64,000 nt of DNA from an uncultured Bacteroidaceae bacterium (GTDB lineage: Bacteria; Bacteroidota; Bacteroidia; Bacteroidales; SM23-62), in assembly GCA_963777115.1 (NCBI GenBank), contig CAVZPP010000002.1, positions 456,349-520,348 on the forward strand, in the 5' to 3' direction. The notes beneath the pieces were generated by a model that searched no databases, was not told the origin of the DNA, and worked only from the letters and a program-made list of their open reading frames with translations. The position numbers were made by a program, and so were the translations under genes. Below, piece after piece: positions 1 to 9,334 of the stretch. The stretch's first letter is position 1; the number at the start of each line of letters is the position of its first letter.

Positions 1-1
1 A

Positions 2-94
2 CTGGAGAACTGGGCCAATGCTGAAGCAGAGAGAAGGGAAATCAAATCCCGGTTCATGGTACCCCAGCCCGGTGATATTTTCGAGATTAACTGA
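2..94 (+). CDS. 3' end of an unidentified CDS entering from the left edge
   Basis: Frame 2 is open from the window edge to TGA at 92-94 (LENWANAEAERREIKSRFMVPQPGDIFEIN*). No family can be recognised from 30 aa, and a second frame is also open, so this is weak. Confidence 0.2.
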   Translation: MENWANAEAERREIKSRFMVPQPGDIFEIN

Positions 95-175
95 TATTCC
101 TTTTTCCCAAAATCACATCCTTGTTTAAATCCCTTTTAAATTAGACTCTTTCATATTTTACGATTCCAGTTTTCA

Positions 176-198
176 GTTATTAATATTACATTAGTAAC
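176..198. promoter_or_regulatory. candidate NikR operator upstream of nikR
   Basis: Imperfect 23-bp palindrome GTTATTAATATTACATTAGTAAC (9 of 11 arm pairs) ending 25 bp before the nikR ATG. The outer arms GTTAT-N13-GTAAC resemble the GTGTTAC-N13/14-GTAACAC type of predicted NikR box as I recall it. A further GTAACAC lies at 215-221. The background is AT-rich, so this could be chance. Confidence 0.3.
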
Positions 199-222
199 AA
201 CAAATTAAAGAAAGGTAACACG

Positions 223-624
223 ATGTCAGTAAAACGATTTGGCGTTTCCCTTGAGGAGGAATTGCTTGAAAGTCTTGACAATCTTGTCATAGATCAACAT
301 TTTCCAAACCGTTCACAGGCTATTCGTTTTTTAATTAAGAATAGTGAAGTGGAAAATAAGTGGAAAGAGGATATGGATGTGGCAGGGGCGCTGGTATTGA
401 TCTATGATCATCATAAGAGGGATATTCAGAAACAGATGACCACTCTTCAGCATGATTATCATTGCCTTATCCTTTCCAGTCAACATATCCATCTTGATCA
501 TGATATGTGCCTGGAGACCATAACGGTAAAAGGAAAAGCAGGTAAACTGATCAAACTGGCTGATAAGTTGAAAGCCATAAAGGGAATAAGGCATGGGGAA
601 CTGGTCATGAGCGGAACAAAATAA
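223..624 (+). CDS. nikR: nickel-responsive transcriptional regulator NikR
   Basis: 133 aa. N-terminal ribbon-helix-helix (KRFGVSLEEELLESLDNLV...NRSQAIRFLI). C-terminal ACT-like metal-binding domain with the His/Cys pattern (LIYDHHKRD...HDYHCLILSSQHIHLDHDMCLE). Only 7 nt upstream of a His-rich metal transporter gene. Confidence 0.85.
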   Translation: MSVKRFGVSLEEELLESLDNLVIDQHFPNRSQAIRFLIKNSEVENKWKEDMDVAGALVLIYDHHKRDIQKQMTTLQHDYHCLILSSQHIHLDHDMCLETITVKGKAGKLIKLADKLKAIKGIRHGELVMSGTK

Positions 625-630
625 AAATAT

Positions 631-1350
631 ATGTCAACAAATCTCACAATCTTAACCTGGACAGCAGCAAGTATAGCCTTTATTCATACTATCGTTGGAC
701 CGGATCATTATCTTCCATTCATTGTGATGGCACGTGCCAGAAGATGGAGCATCTTTAAGACCACATGGGTTACTGTCTTAAGTGGTTTTGCACATGTTAT
801 CAGTTCCATTCTTTTAGGCGCTGTGGGTATCGGGGTAGGTATTGGACTGAACAGGCTTGAATTCCTGGAATCAGTGCGGGGGGACCTGGCGGCCTGGTTA
901 TTTGTAATTTTCGGATTAGGTTATATGCTCTGGGGGATATGGAGAATTACAGGTAGCCGTAAACATAAACATCAGCACAAGCATTTCGACGGCACTATTC
1001 ATGAGCATGAACATGTACATGATCATGATCACTCCCATCAACCCGCACACGATCATAAGCATAAGAAAAATATTACCCCATGGATACTGTTCACCATATT
1101 TTTTCTTGGTCCCTGTGAACCCCTCATCCCAATACTCATGTATCCTGCAGCACAAGCCAGTGCATGGGGAGTAGCCCAGGTCTCGATTGTATTCGGACTG
1201 GTGACCATACTTACCATGGTAAGCATTGTTTTGCTGGCTTCCTATGGATTAAATTTTGTAAAGCTTGGGAAATTGGAGAGATACACCCATGTAATAGCCG
1301 GTGCCACCATCCTGCTTTCGGGGATAGGGATACTGTTTCTTGGCCTGTAA
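631..1350 (+). CDS. Ni2+/Co2+ transporter, RcnA/UreH-like (NicO superfamily) membrane protein with a His-rich loop
   Basis: 239 aa and polytopic. HTIVGPDH motif in TM1 and GPCEPLIP in a later TM, paralleling the RcnA HGLEPGH / GGLIPCP motifs. Central cytoplasmic loop HKHKHQHKHFDGTIHEHEHVHDHDHSHQPAHDHKHKK. The direction of transport cannot be told from sequence. Confidence 0.7.
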   Translation: MSTNLTILTWTAASIAFIHTIVGPDHYLPFIVMARARRWSIFKTTWVTVLSGFAHVISSILLGAVGIGVGIGLNRLEFLESVRGDLAAWLFVIFGLGYMLWGIWRITGSRKHKHQHKHFDGTIHEHEHVHDHDHSHQPAHDHKHKKNITPWILFTIFFLGPCEPLIPILMYPAAQASAWGVAQVSIVFGLVTILTMVSIVLLASYGLNFVKLGKLERYTHVIAGATILLSGIGILFLGL

Positions 1351-1381
1351 ATTCACAAAAAACTTAAACAGCCAGATTTAA

Positions 1382-1873
1382 TTAGTACAGCCGAATAAAT
1401 TCGTAGCTGTTTCCTGTATTGTCCAGATACCTGATGAAGTCATCGTATGAGACGACGATGGTAGCCGTGTTGATGTTAGGGTGAAAACTAAGCTTATCAG
1501 CTTTTCGAAGGTTGTCATCCAGGAAGAGATGGACATGATTTTCCGTATCATTGATCAGTCCAAATGGCGTGACAGAACCAGGACTTAATCCCATCCATTG
1601 TTCAAGCCGGCGATCTGAAGCCAGGCTTAGTTTTCCCTGTTTCAGCAATTGTTCCAGTTCCCTTATCGCCAGCTTATTGCTGTGTTCAAGTATGACCAGG
1701 TAGTGCCGGTTTCCTTTATGATTCCTGAAAAAGAGGTTTTTGCAGTGGGTGGATTGTATTTCTTTCCAGTGTTCCAACGCAGCCTCCACAGTGGGAGCGG
1801 GTGGATGCTCATGGTATTCAAACTCAATACTCAGGTTTTCAAGTACCTGGTATAATGCAGGGTCTCCGTTCAT
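1382..1873 (-). CDS. YbaK/ProX-type aminoacyl-tRNA trans-editing deacylase
   Basis: 163 aa. HCKNLFFRN...YLVIL...GLSPGSVTPFGLIND pattern typical of the YbaK/EbsC/prolyl-tRNA-synthetase-associated domain. Confidence 0.7.
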   Translation of the reverse strand: MNGDPALYQVLENLSIEFEYHEHPPAPTVEAALEHWKEIQSTHCKNLFFRNHKGNRHYLVILEHSNKLAIRELEQLLKQGKLSLASDRRLEQWMGLSPGSVTPFGLINDTENHVHLFLDDNLRKADKLSFHPNINTATIVVSYDDFIRYLDNTGNSYEFIRLY

Positions 1874-3201
1874 TGTGGCTGGTTTTCAAAGAAAAGATCT
1901 TCCCTGAGTTCGGTGATTCTTGAGATTACATGCTCCTTAAGTTCAGTAGAAGTTCCTTCGGACGCGTCGAAAAGTTGTTGGTCAGTCTTGCCTTCAGAAA
2001 GATATTTCTCATAGTACTCAATGGCTGTTTTTTTCTGGTTGAGGTTACGGTCATACATCTGTCCGATCTTGAAGTATATTGTATTATCGTAGGGATCATA
2101 TTCCAGAGCCACCTGGTAGGCATTTAAGGCTTCATCAAAACGGTGCAGGACCTTATAGAGCTCTGCAAGTTGCAAACAGACATTTTTTAATTGTTCAGGA
2201 TCCGGTTGCCGAAGTTCAATCGATTTCTTATAGTAAATAACACCCTCCTCTTCATGTTGACTCCATCTGCATGCTGATCCCAGGAAATAGGCAGTTTCAG
2301 CATCCGTACTGTCAATTTCAAAGGCCTGTTGCAGGGTTTGCCTGGATTCAGTGAAATCCTTATTTTCATGGTATGCCATTCCCAGGTACTTATTTATAAA
2401 TAGAGAGGATGAATCCAGGATCCTGGCCTTCTCAAGGTCCAGGATCGCATCCTCATATTGCATAGAGAGAAGCCATATATATCCTCTTAGTTTCAAGAGG
2501 TCCAGGTTATTCGAATCATACAGGAATCCTTCCTGCAAATGAAGAACCGCATTCTCAAAATCCTTTCTTTTCAGGTATATATTAGCTACCTGATAAGTCA
2601 GGTAAGAATCCGCCGGATTTAATTCCAAAGATGTCTTGAAACAGGCAAGTGCTGAATCCGTGCGGTTTAGTTCCAGGAAACATTTACCTGCCTGCTTTAG
2701 ATAGTAATAGTTTGCGGGGTCATTTTCATGTAAGTCGATATAAATTTCCAGGCTCTCCTTATGCCTGTTTCTGTTCGTATAGAGGCTGGCAAGTTCAACC
2801 AGGTGATTGCTTCCAGGTTGAAACTGCCCTCTTGTATTCTCATAAACTTCAACAGCTTCCCTGGTTCTACCCAGTTTTGTTAGCATTTGTCCCATGGAAA
2901 CAAGGTAATGCACATTCTGGCTGTCTGCAATTGAAGCAAGGTGGTAGTAGTGGTAGGCACTGTCAAACTTGAAAAGGGACTGGTATGCTATACCTCGGTA
3001 ATAGTTTAGCTTATCCATCAGGGAATCAGGCACCTGGACTGTATCTGTTACTGCCAGTACTTCTTCAAACTGATCATCTAATAAGAGTGAACGGATTTGC
3101 TGATCCCAGTTCTGCGCAGCTAAGGGCTTCGAAATGAAAATGGCCAGAATTAGTAAGCCAAACGGGAGGGAGAATAGTTTCATTGGGGTAGAAATTTCCA
3201 A
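1870..3201 (-). CDS. secreted tetratricopeptide (TPR) repeat protein
   Basis: 443 aa. N-terminal signal peptide (LFSLPFGLLILAIFISKPLAAQ), then about 10 repeats of the 34-aa TPR pattern (A..Y...L..dP.n....lg..Y). Confidence 0.7.
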   Translation of the reverse strand: MEISTPMKLFSLPFGLLILAIFISKPLAAQNWDQQIRSLLLDDQFEEVLAVTDTVQVPDSLMDKLNYYRGIAYQSLFKFDSAYHYYHLASIADSQNVHYLVSMGQMLTKLGRTREAVEVYENTRGQFQPGSNHLVELASLYTNRNRHKESLEIYIDLHENDPANYYYLKQAGKCFLELNRTDSALACFKTSLELNPADSYLTYQVANIYLKRKDFENAVLHLQEGFLYDSNNLDLLKLRGYIWLLSMQYEDAILDLEKARILDSSSLFINKYLGMAYHENKDFTESRQTLQQAFEIDSTDAETAYFLGSACRWSQHEEEGVIYYKKSIELRQPDPEQLKNVCLQLAELYKVLHRFDEALNAYQVALEYDPYDNTIYFKIGQMYDRNLNQKKTAIEYYEKYLSEGKTDQQLFDASEGTSTELKEHVISRITELREDLFFENQPQ

Positions 3202-3225
3202 TGAAGATACAATTTTTCCCCTAAA

Positions 3226-4512
3226 TTATTTAAGAATTTCACCGATGAGATCAGGGTCTTCTCCCTTATTGATTCCGGTGATCCGGACAGAATAAATATT
3301 GTTTTTAACTGCCTCTTCGGAAATGAATTCTATGGGCACAAAGTATTCCCCATAACCCCTGGCCACACCATCTTTGACCTTTTCAACCAGAACCTGCTCA
3401 GTTCTTCCAATTAATGAAGAGCGGTATTTACGTTTGTTTTCTTCGGCTATCTGCCGAATAATTTCGCTTCTTTCGTTTTTCACTTTTTCGGGTACCTGAT
3501 CCGGCATGCGTTCGGCCCGTGTGCCTTTCCGCTTTGAGTACTTGAATGTATGAATATGGCTGAAACCAATTTCCCGGATGATATCACAGGATTCCTGAAA
3601 ATCTTTTTCAGTTTCACCCGGGAATCCGACGATTATATCAGTGGTCAGGTTAAAATCCGGGTACTGTTTACGGATCTTTTTTTCGATGGTTTTGAATTCA
3701 GAGAGGGTATACATTCTTCTCATTCTCAGAAGTACCGAATCGGAACCGCTCTGCAGGCAAAGATGCAGATGGGGCATCAGTTTTGGATGCTGAAAAAGTT
3801 CAATGAACCTATCCCCATAGCCATCAGGTTCAATGGAGGATATTCTCACCCTGAAATCTCCGGGGATATCAAGGATCTTTTCCAGCAGGGATTCGAAATT
3901 TAATCCATCATGTTCATACCTTCCTATATTGACTCCTGTCAGAACAATCTCCCGGTAGCCATATTCCAGTACCTGCAATATATTCTCCCGGATTTTCTCA
4001 AAAGGCCTGCTAATGGCCCTTCCCCTGACAAAGGGTACAATACAAAAAGTACAGAAATTGTCACAGCCATCCTGTATTTTGATCAGGCTGCGTGTATGGA
4101 ATGTCCGGTCCGCTGGCTTATAATTAAAAACATCCGGGTCAAGGCTGGAGGGTTGTAAAATTTCTCCCTTGTAGTGAGCTTCCACCATTGGGAATATGGA
4201 TGTTTTCCTGTTATTTTCAACGAAATAGGTCCCCGCATTGCTTTCCAGGGTCTCCTTCTGGCTGTTTACCATGCAACCGGTGACAACAACAAGGGAATCA
4301 CCGGGTTTTCGGGTCGCATTATTAATCTGGTTTCGTGATTTCTTATCGCTCTGATTGGTAACGGTACAGGTATTTACAACATACACATCTGCCTTGTCTT
4401 CAAAATCGACCAGCTCGTAACCCGCATTATGGAACTCTGAAGCCAGGGAGTCTGTTTCAAACTGGTTGAGTCTGCATCCCAAAGTTTTGAAGGCAATTTT
4501 CCGGCTCATCAT
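3226..4512 (-). CDS. mtaB: tRNA t6A37 methylthiotransferase MtaB (radical SAM)
   Basis: 428 aa. UPF0004 N-domain with 3 Cys (TLGCRLN, NTCTVT, TGCM), radical-SAM CDNFCTFCIVP motif and a TRAM-like C-terminus. Confidence 0.8.
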   Translation of the reverse strand: MMSRKIAFKTLGCRLNQFETDSLASEFHNAGYELVDFEDKADVYVVNTCTVTNQSDKKSRNQINNATRKPGDSLVVVTGCMVNSQKETLESNAGTYFVENNRKTSIFPMVEAHYKGEILQPSSLDPDVFNYKPADRTFHTRSLIKIQDGCDNFCTFCIVPFVRGRAISRPFEKIRENILQVLEYGYREIVLTGVNIGRYEHDGLNFESLLEKILDIPGDFRVRISSIEPDGYGDRFIELFQHPKLMPHLHLCLQSGSDSVLLRMRRMYTLSEFKTIEKKIRKQYPDFNLTTDIIVGFPGETEKDFQESCDIIREIGFSHIHTFKYSKRKGTRAERMPDQVPEKVKNERSEIIRQIAEENKRKYRSSLIGRTEQVLVEKVKDGVARGYGEYFVPIEFISEEAVKNNIYSVRITGINKGEDPDLIGEILK

Positions 4513-6009
4513 TCATTTATTTGTTCAATGATAGCCAGGTTTTCCCCTTCCAGGGAGAAATTCGCCGAAGAATTGATCTGTACTTCTGTAAATTTTCCGA
4601 TAAGGGACTCATCTTCTGAGGGGAAACGTATTATAAGCTTTCCCTCTGTAAGTGCTTTCAGGTAACCCTCTTTCCTGTCTTTTCCCACTACCAGCACATG
4701 CGTTTTTCCTCCCACCAGTTTGCGGTTGTATACCCGGTTGTGTTTGATAAGTTCATCGGTGAGGATTTGCAGTCTATCCTTTTTTGTTTCCCTGGGTATA
4801 TCATCTTCCCACCTGCTGCTTGTTGCACCGGGCCTGGGTGAGTACATAGCGATATAGGCCATATTGAATTTAAATTCCTCCATGATCAGCCTTGTGTTTT
4901 CAAACTGATCATCAGTTTCACCGGTGAAACCTACAATTATATCAGTGAACAGGGTGGCTGAAGGAATTATTTTCCGGATATATTCAACAATGGAACGGTA
5001 CCTGTCAATGTTGTGGTTCCGGTTCATCCGGATGAGTACCTTGTCGTCCCCTGACTGAACGGGGAGGTGGATCTGCTTAGCCAGGCAGTCATATTTTGCG
5101 ATTACATCAATCACCTCATTAGACATATCCCTGGGATGTGGGGAGGTGAAATAGACCCAGAATTTTTCCTGGGAGGATTCACCGAATTCTCCGATTTTTT
5201 CAAGGAGTTCATGAAAAGGAATTTCTATCCCCTGCTTATCAAATCCATAGGAATTCACATTCTGTCCAAGAAGGGTAATGCTTTTATATCCTTTTTTGAC
5301 AAGATTCTTAAGTTCATCAAGGATCTCTTCCGAGGGCCTGGAAACTTCTCTGCCCCGGGTGTAAGGGACTGCACAGAATGTGCAGAATTTGTCACAACCG
5401 TTTTGAATGGGAATAAAGGCCTCAAAATCAGATGTGTAATGAGGATTTACCTTCCAGAATCTTTTAATCTCAGTAGGATCCGTTTTAACACTAAGGGTAT
5501 CAGGGTCTGTAGGTAAACCATTTTTATGGTCTTTTAATGCACCCACCAGGTTAAGAGGAGTACTCTTCTGAATCATCTTCGACAGCAAAATCCGGGTCCA
5601 TTGTAATTTGGCATGGGGTATCCATTGTTACAGATTGCGTGACATCCAATTGCAGTGAAGCCGGGGTTACAATGCCGTATTGTCTGATCATGGAATCCAG
5701 GTCGGGGAGTTCATCCATGGTAAATACCAGGTCAAATGTCTTCAGGAATTTTTCCCTGTCGGCAGGCAGGATGCAGCCGGAAACAAAGGTCAGTAGATTC
5801 CGGTCTTTTTTCCAATGGTTCCACCTGCTTATACGGGAATAAACCTTATCAATGGATTTCTGCCGGACGGAGCATGCCAGTATGCCTAGCATATTTGCAT
5901 CCTCTTCCTTTTCTGTCCACTTATAACCAAGTCCCTCTATCACAGTCCGGGTACGTTCACTATCCGATTTGTTCATCTGGCAACCCAGTGTAACAAGATG
6001 GTATTTCAT
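4509..6009 (-). pseudogene. miaB: MiaB-like tRNA methylthiotransferase, split by one frameshift
   Basis: ORF 5551-6009 is the UPF0004 N-domain (TLGCQMN, LACSVR, SGCI). ORF 4509-5588 is the radical-SAM core (CDKFCTFCAVPYTRG) plus the TRAM domain. The two frames overlap, and the switch must lie between 5554 and 5627. Confidence 0.75.
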
Positions 6010-6018
6010 AGGGTTTGG

Positions 6019-6684
6019 CTAAAAGTATACTTCAACATGAATCCTGCCTGGTTCAATTCCGTTTTCCTGGAGCAGATCATATACTTCGTGAATCATATTG
6101 CTGTTACCACAAAGATAATAATCAGCATTTTTATCTGGTGGATTGGCTCCCAGGTAATCGGTTATTCTTCCATTGAAATTTCCACGGTTATCACGTGAAG
6201 AACAAAGGGAATACCGTTTTTCATCATAAACATGAGAATCATATGCTTCACTGCTATACCTGACACCATGGATCATATGGTAGTTTAAATTGGGATAGCT
6301 GTTGACGAAGCTGTGGAAAGGTGCAATGCCGGTGCCGCTGGCAATAAAAACCAGTTTACCGCCCTCTTTCTGTTCGGTTCCCAGGGTGAAAAATCCGAAG
6401 GGTCCGTCCATTTCAGCTTTCGCTCCGGGTTGAAGGTGCTTCAGCTGTTTGGAAACCAGTCCCCCATCAACCTCCTTTACCAAAACCTCAAGGTAATCCT
6501 CATTCATCCCGCTGTAAATAGAGTATTCTCTTTTTTCTGAGGTTCCGGGAAGTCCCAGTGATATATATTGTCCCGCTTCAAAATCCACCTCATCTTTCTC
6601 GACCCTGATTACATAGGTGGTATCGGTCAGGTGCCTTGTGTTCAGCACGGCTACCATATGATTTTTTGTCTTAACTGCTGACAT
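6019..6684 (-). CDS. ferredoxin-NADP(+) reductase-like FAD/NAD(P)-binding oxidoreductase
   Basis: 221 aa. FAD-binding REYSIYS (RxYS) motif, GPFG, and the NAD(P)-binding FIASGTGIAPF motif of the FNR family. Confidence 0.7.
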   Translation of the reverse strand: MSAVKTKNHMVAVLNTRHLTDTTYVIRVEKDEVDFEAGQYISLGLPGTSEKREYSIYSGMNEDYLEVLVKEVDGGLVSKQLKHLQPGAKAEMDGPFGFFTLGTEQKEGGKLVFIASGTGIAPFHSFVNSYPNLNYHMIHGVRYSSEAYDSHVYDEKRYSLCSSRDNRGNFNGRITDYLGANPPDKNADYYLCGNSNMIHEVYDLLQENGIEPGRIHVEVYF

Positions 6685-6799
6685 CGAAAAATCTCTTTTA
6701 TTAATTACTTAACTAATAAGATGGCAAAATGTTTAAGGGAAAGTAAAAAGGGAATGCAAAATAAGTCAAAAATACCCTATTTATCAAACTGGCAAGACG

Positions 6800-6817
6800 A
6801 AAAAAGACCAGGAGGTC
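6800..6817 (-). terminator. weak intrinsic terminator after hoxW
   Basis: On the minus strand, GACC-TCCT-GGTC followed by T6, starting 5 nt after the hoxW stop. The stem is only 4 bp. Confidence 0.3.
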
Positions 6818-6821
6818 GGAT

Positions 6822-7295
6822 TTATGCTTTGAACCGGTCTGAACTTAATCTGGTTTTGATAAAAGAAAGAGCCAATTCAAGGTTTTCTGCGGCTTTTTCG
6901 GTGAGTCCTTCCTCGAATTCCCATTCATAACCCTTGATCTGGAGAAGGTAGGTTTCAGGATGCTTATTGTAGAGTTTTATGCATAGTGCCAGTACGTATG
7001 CGGGCGAGGCAGCATGCATGGTAAATTCCGATCTGCCTTCGGAGGGTTCAACAACATCGAGCTGGAAATTCTTTATATCCTCAATGGATGCGTCCACGAA
7101 TACAACAATATCCTTGTCGCGGATATTATCGGCATCTTCAATGTTCAGTTGGAAATTGCTGTCGAGTGCAACATTGCTAAGACCCTTTTCTTTTAACCAG
7201 GGTTCCAGTTTGTCCACAAAACAGTTCCCCAGACCGTCATCCTGACGGCCCGGGTTACCGTATGCATAGATAAGTATGTTCTTGTCAGAAGCCAA
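6822..7295 (-). CDS. hoxW: [NiFe] hydrogenase maturation endopeptidase (HoxW-type)
   Basis: 157 aa. N-terminal ILIYAYGNPGRQDDGLG motif of the HybD/HycI/HoxW proteases. Lies directly downstream of hoxH. Confidence 0.8.
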   Translation of the reverse strand: MASDKNILIYAYGNPGRQDDGLGNCFVDKLEPWLKEKGLSNVALDSNFQLNIEDADNIRDKDIVVFVDASIEDIKNFQLDVVEPSEGRSEFTMHAASPAYVLALCIKLYNKHPETYLLQIKGYEWEFEEGLTEKAAENLELALSFIKTRLSSDRFKA

Positions 7296-7297
7296 GG

Positions 7298-8752
7298 TCA
7301 GCCTCTTGTTTTAATATCTATCAGCTGGTCCTTTGAATTAAACAGGGATACCTCGAGAGGCATCTGTCCAAATGCATGTGTGGCACAGCTAAGGCAAGGA
7401 TCATAAGCCCTGATTCCCACTTCAACAGCATTCATCATCGGTTCAGTGATCTCATCCTGTCCGGTCATATAGGTTTTCGCGATATAATTCACAGCATTGT
7501 TCATGGGCTGATTATTATTGGTCGTGGAAACTATGAGGTTGGCCATGGTTATCTGGTCTTTACCATTGATCTCGTAATGATGGAAAAGAGTTCCCCTGGG
7601 AGCTTCAATCAGTCCAATTCCCTTATTACACTTCTCACCCTTTGTAACAAGCTCTCCCTTGACAATATCCGGATCCTCCAGGAGTTCCTTCATCATTTCT
7701 GCAGAATGAAGAATCTCAATCAGGCGTGCCCAGTGCATATGCATTGACATATTATTGGGCTTCCCATTTGTGTATGCCTTGTAGATTTCAAACTCCTTCT
7801 GCGCCAGGGGAGTGGGAATGAAATCGACCGTATTCAACCGGCCCAGTGGTCCCACTGTATACCATCCTTCCGTTTTCCCTAATTCCTTCAGGTAGGGGAA
7901 TTTCATATAGCTCCATGAACGTACTTCCTCATCGATATAGTCCAGGTAATTCTGGTAATCCACATCATGAAGGATCTTTTTTCCTTCAGAATCAACTGCC
8001 CGAAGAACTCCATGATAAAGGTCCATCGCCCCATCTTTTCTGACGAGGCTGAGGTGGTTTGATGGGAAGACTGCATAGTTATCAATGAACTCACTGTTTT
8101 TTTTATGATATTCCTTGAACCATTCTATGGCAGCAAGGGACCAGTCAATCATTTTATCGGTGTTTAGAGGGTCGGCACCTTTCAGGAAGCTATCTCTTTC
8201 CTCAATGCTGAGGTGCTTATTAATTCCTCCGGGAATCGCTCCGGTCCCATGAATCTTCTTGCCTGCAGTGGCCCTAATGATTTCCTGTCCGAATTTTCTC
8301 ATCATTACACCCTGCACGGCCAGGTCCTGGTCCGTCAAAGCAAGTCCAATAACATTACGAATTGCCGGATCACCATCAATACCGAATACCATATCTGGTG
8401 CGGCAAGGTGGAAAAAATGCAGGGAGTGGGATTGGAACATTTGACCATAATGCATCAGTCGCCTCATTTTTTCACCGGTGGGAGTGAGTCCATCTCCAGT
8501 ACCTGCACCTACAATCACATCCAAGGCCTTGGCGGCTGCCAGGTGGTGGGAAACGGGACAGATACCGCAGAGCCTTTGAACAAGTACCGGCATTTCCCAG
8601 TATGGACGGCCCTGAACAAATCTCTCAAATCCTCTGAATTCAACAATATGTAATCTGGACTGTGCAACATTTCCGTCATCGTCCAGGTGAATGGTTACCT
8701 TTCCGTGTCCTTCGACTCTTGTAACCGGTTCTATAGTTATTTTACGATCCAT
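7298..8752 (-). CDS. hoxH: [NiFe] hydrogenase large subunit, NAD-linked bidirectional type (group 3d-like)
   Basis: 484 aa. RVEGHG and RLCGICPVSHH N-terminal Ni-Fe ligand motifs. C-terminal DPCLSCATH followed by a roughly 25-aa cleavable extension. The HoxFUY neighbours support the type. Confidence 0.9.
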   Translation of the reverse strand: MDRKITIEPVTRVEGHGKVTIHLDDDGNVAQSRLHIVEFRGFERFVQGRPYWEMPVLVQRLCGICPVSHHLAAAKALDVIVGAGTGDGLTPTGEKMRRLMHYGQMFQSHSLHFFHLAAPDMVFGIDGDPAIRNVIGLALTDQDLAVQGVMMRKFGQEIIRATAGKKIHGTGAIPGGINKHLSIEERDSFLKGADPLNTDKMIDWSLAAIEWFKEYHKKNSEFIDNYAVFPSNHLSLVRKDGAMDLYHGVLRAVDSEGKKILHDVDYQNYLDYIDEEVRSWSYMKFPYLKELGKTEGWYTVGPLGRLNTVDFIPTPLAQKEFEIYKAYTNGKPNNMSMHMHWARLIEILHSAEMMKELLEDPDIVKGELVTKGEKCNKGIGLIEAPRGTLFHHYEINGKDQITMANLIVSTTNNNQPMNNAVNYIAKTYMTGQDEITEPMMNAVEVGIRAYDPCLSCATHAFGQMPLEVSLFNSKDQLIDIKTRG

Positions 8753-8765
8753 CGTTTCTTATTCT

Positions 8766-9314
8766 TTAGTCGAATTTTATTACTTCATATGGTAACTCAG
8801 CGGGTTTTCCCTTAATCAGCGAAACCAGGGTTTCCCAGATAAGATCGGCCCTGGGGGGACAACCAGGCAGGTAATAGTCAATCTTAACGATATCCTGGCA
8901 GGGATATACCTTGTCAAGCAAACATGGTAATTCCGGATCATTCGGAATGATATGTTCGATATTGGCTGTAGTTGAAGGGCCCGTAAGATATGCTTCTCTC
9001 AGACATTCCTTAATGGGTATACCATTTCTCATGGCAGGCAGGCCCCCCATAATGGCACATTCCCCAACAGAAACAAGAATATTACAATGTTTTCTGAAGT
9101 CCCTCAAAACATGAACATTCTCAGAATTGCAACATCCACCTTCAATAAGTCCGATATCGCATTGCTTGGTAAATTTTTTAATATCGTCAATCGGCGATTT
9201 ATTGAACTCAACAAGTTCTATTAGCGGCAGGATTCGTTCATCAATATCAAGGATGGACATATGGCATCCGAAACAACCTGCCAATGATGTAGTAGCTATT
9301 ACTGGTTTACTCAT
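8766..9314 (-). CDS. hoxY: [NiFe] hydrogenase small subunit (HoxY)
   Basis: 182 aa. Short group-3-type small subunit with proximal-cluster Cys (GCFGCHMS, GGCC, GECA, PGCPP). Confidence 0.85.
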   Translation of the reverse strand: MSKPVIATTSLAGCFGCHMSILDIDERILPLIELVEFNKSPIDDIKKFTKQCDIGLIEGGCCNSENVHVLRDFRKHCNILVSVGECAIMGGLPAMRNGIPIKECLREAYLTGPSTTANIEHIIPNDPELPCLLDKVYPCQDIVKIDYYLPGCPPRADLIWETLVSLIKGKPAELPYEVIKFD

Positions 9315-9334
9315 TATTCTATCTCCTTTTGCTT

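Noticed and set aside
6721-6930. 69-aa plus-strand ORF spanning the FNR-hoxW intergenic region and the hoxW 3' end
   Set aside because: It overlaps hoxW antisense, has a K/S-rich low-complexity sequence, and has no supporting signals.
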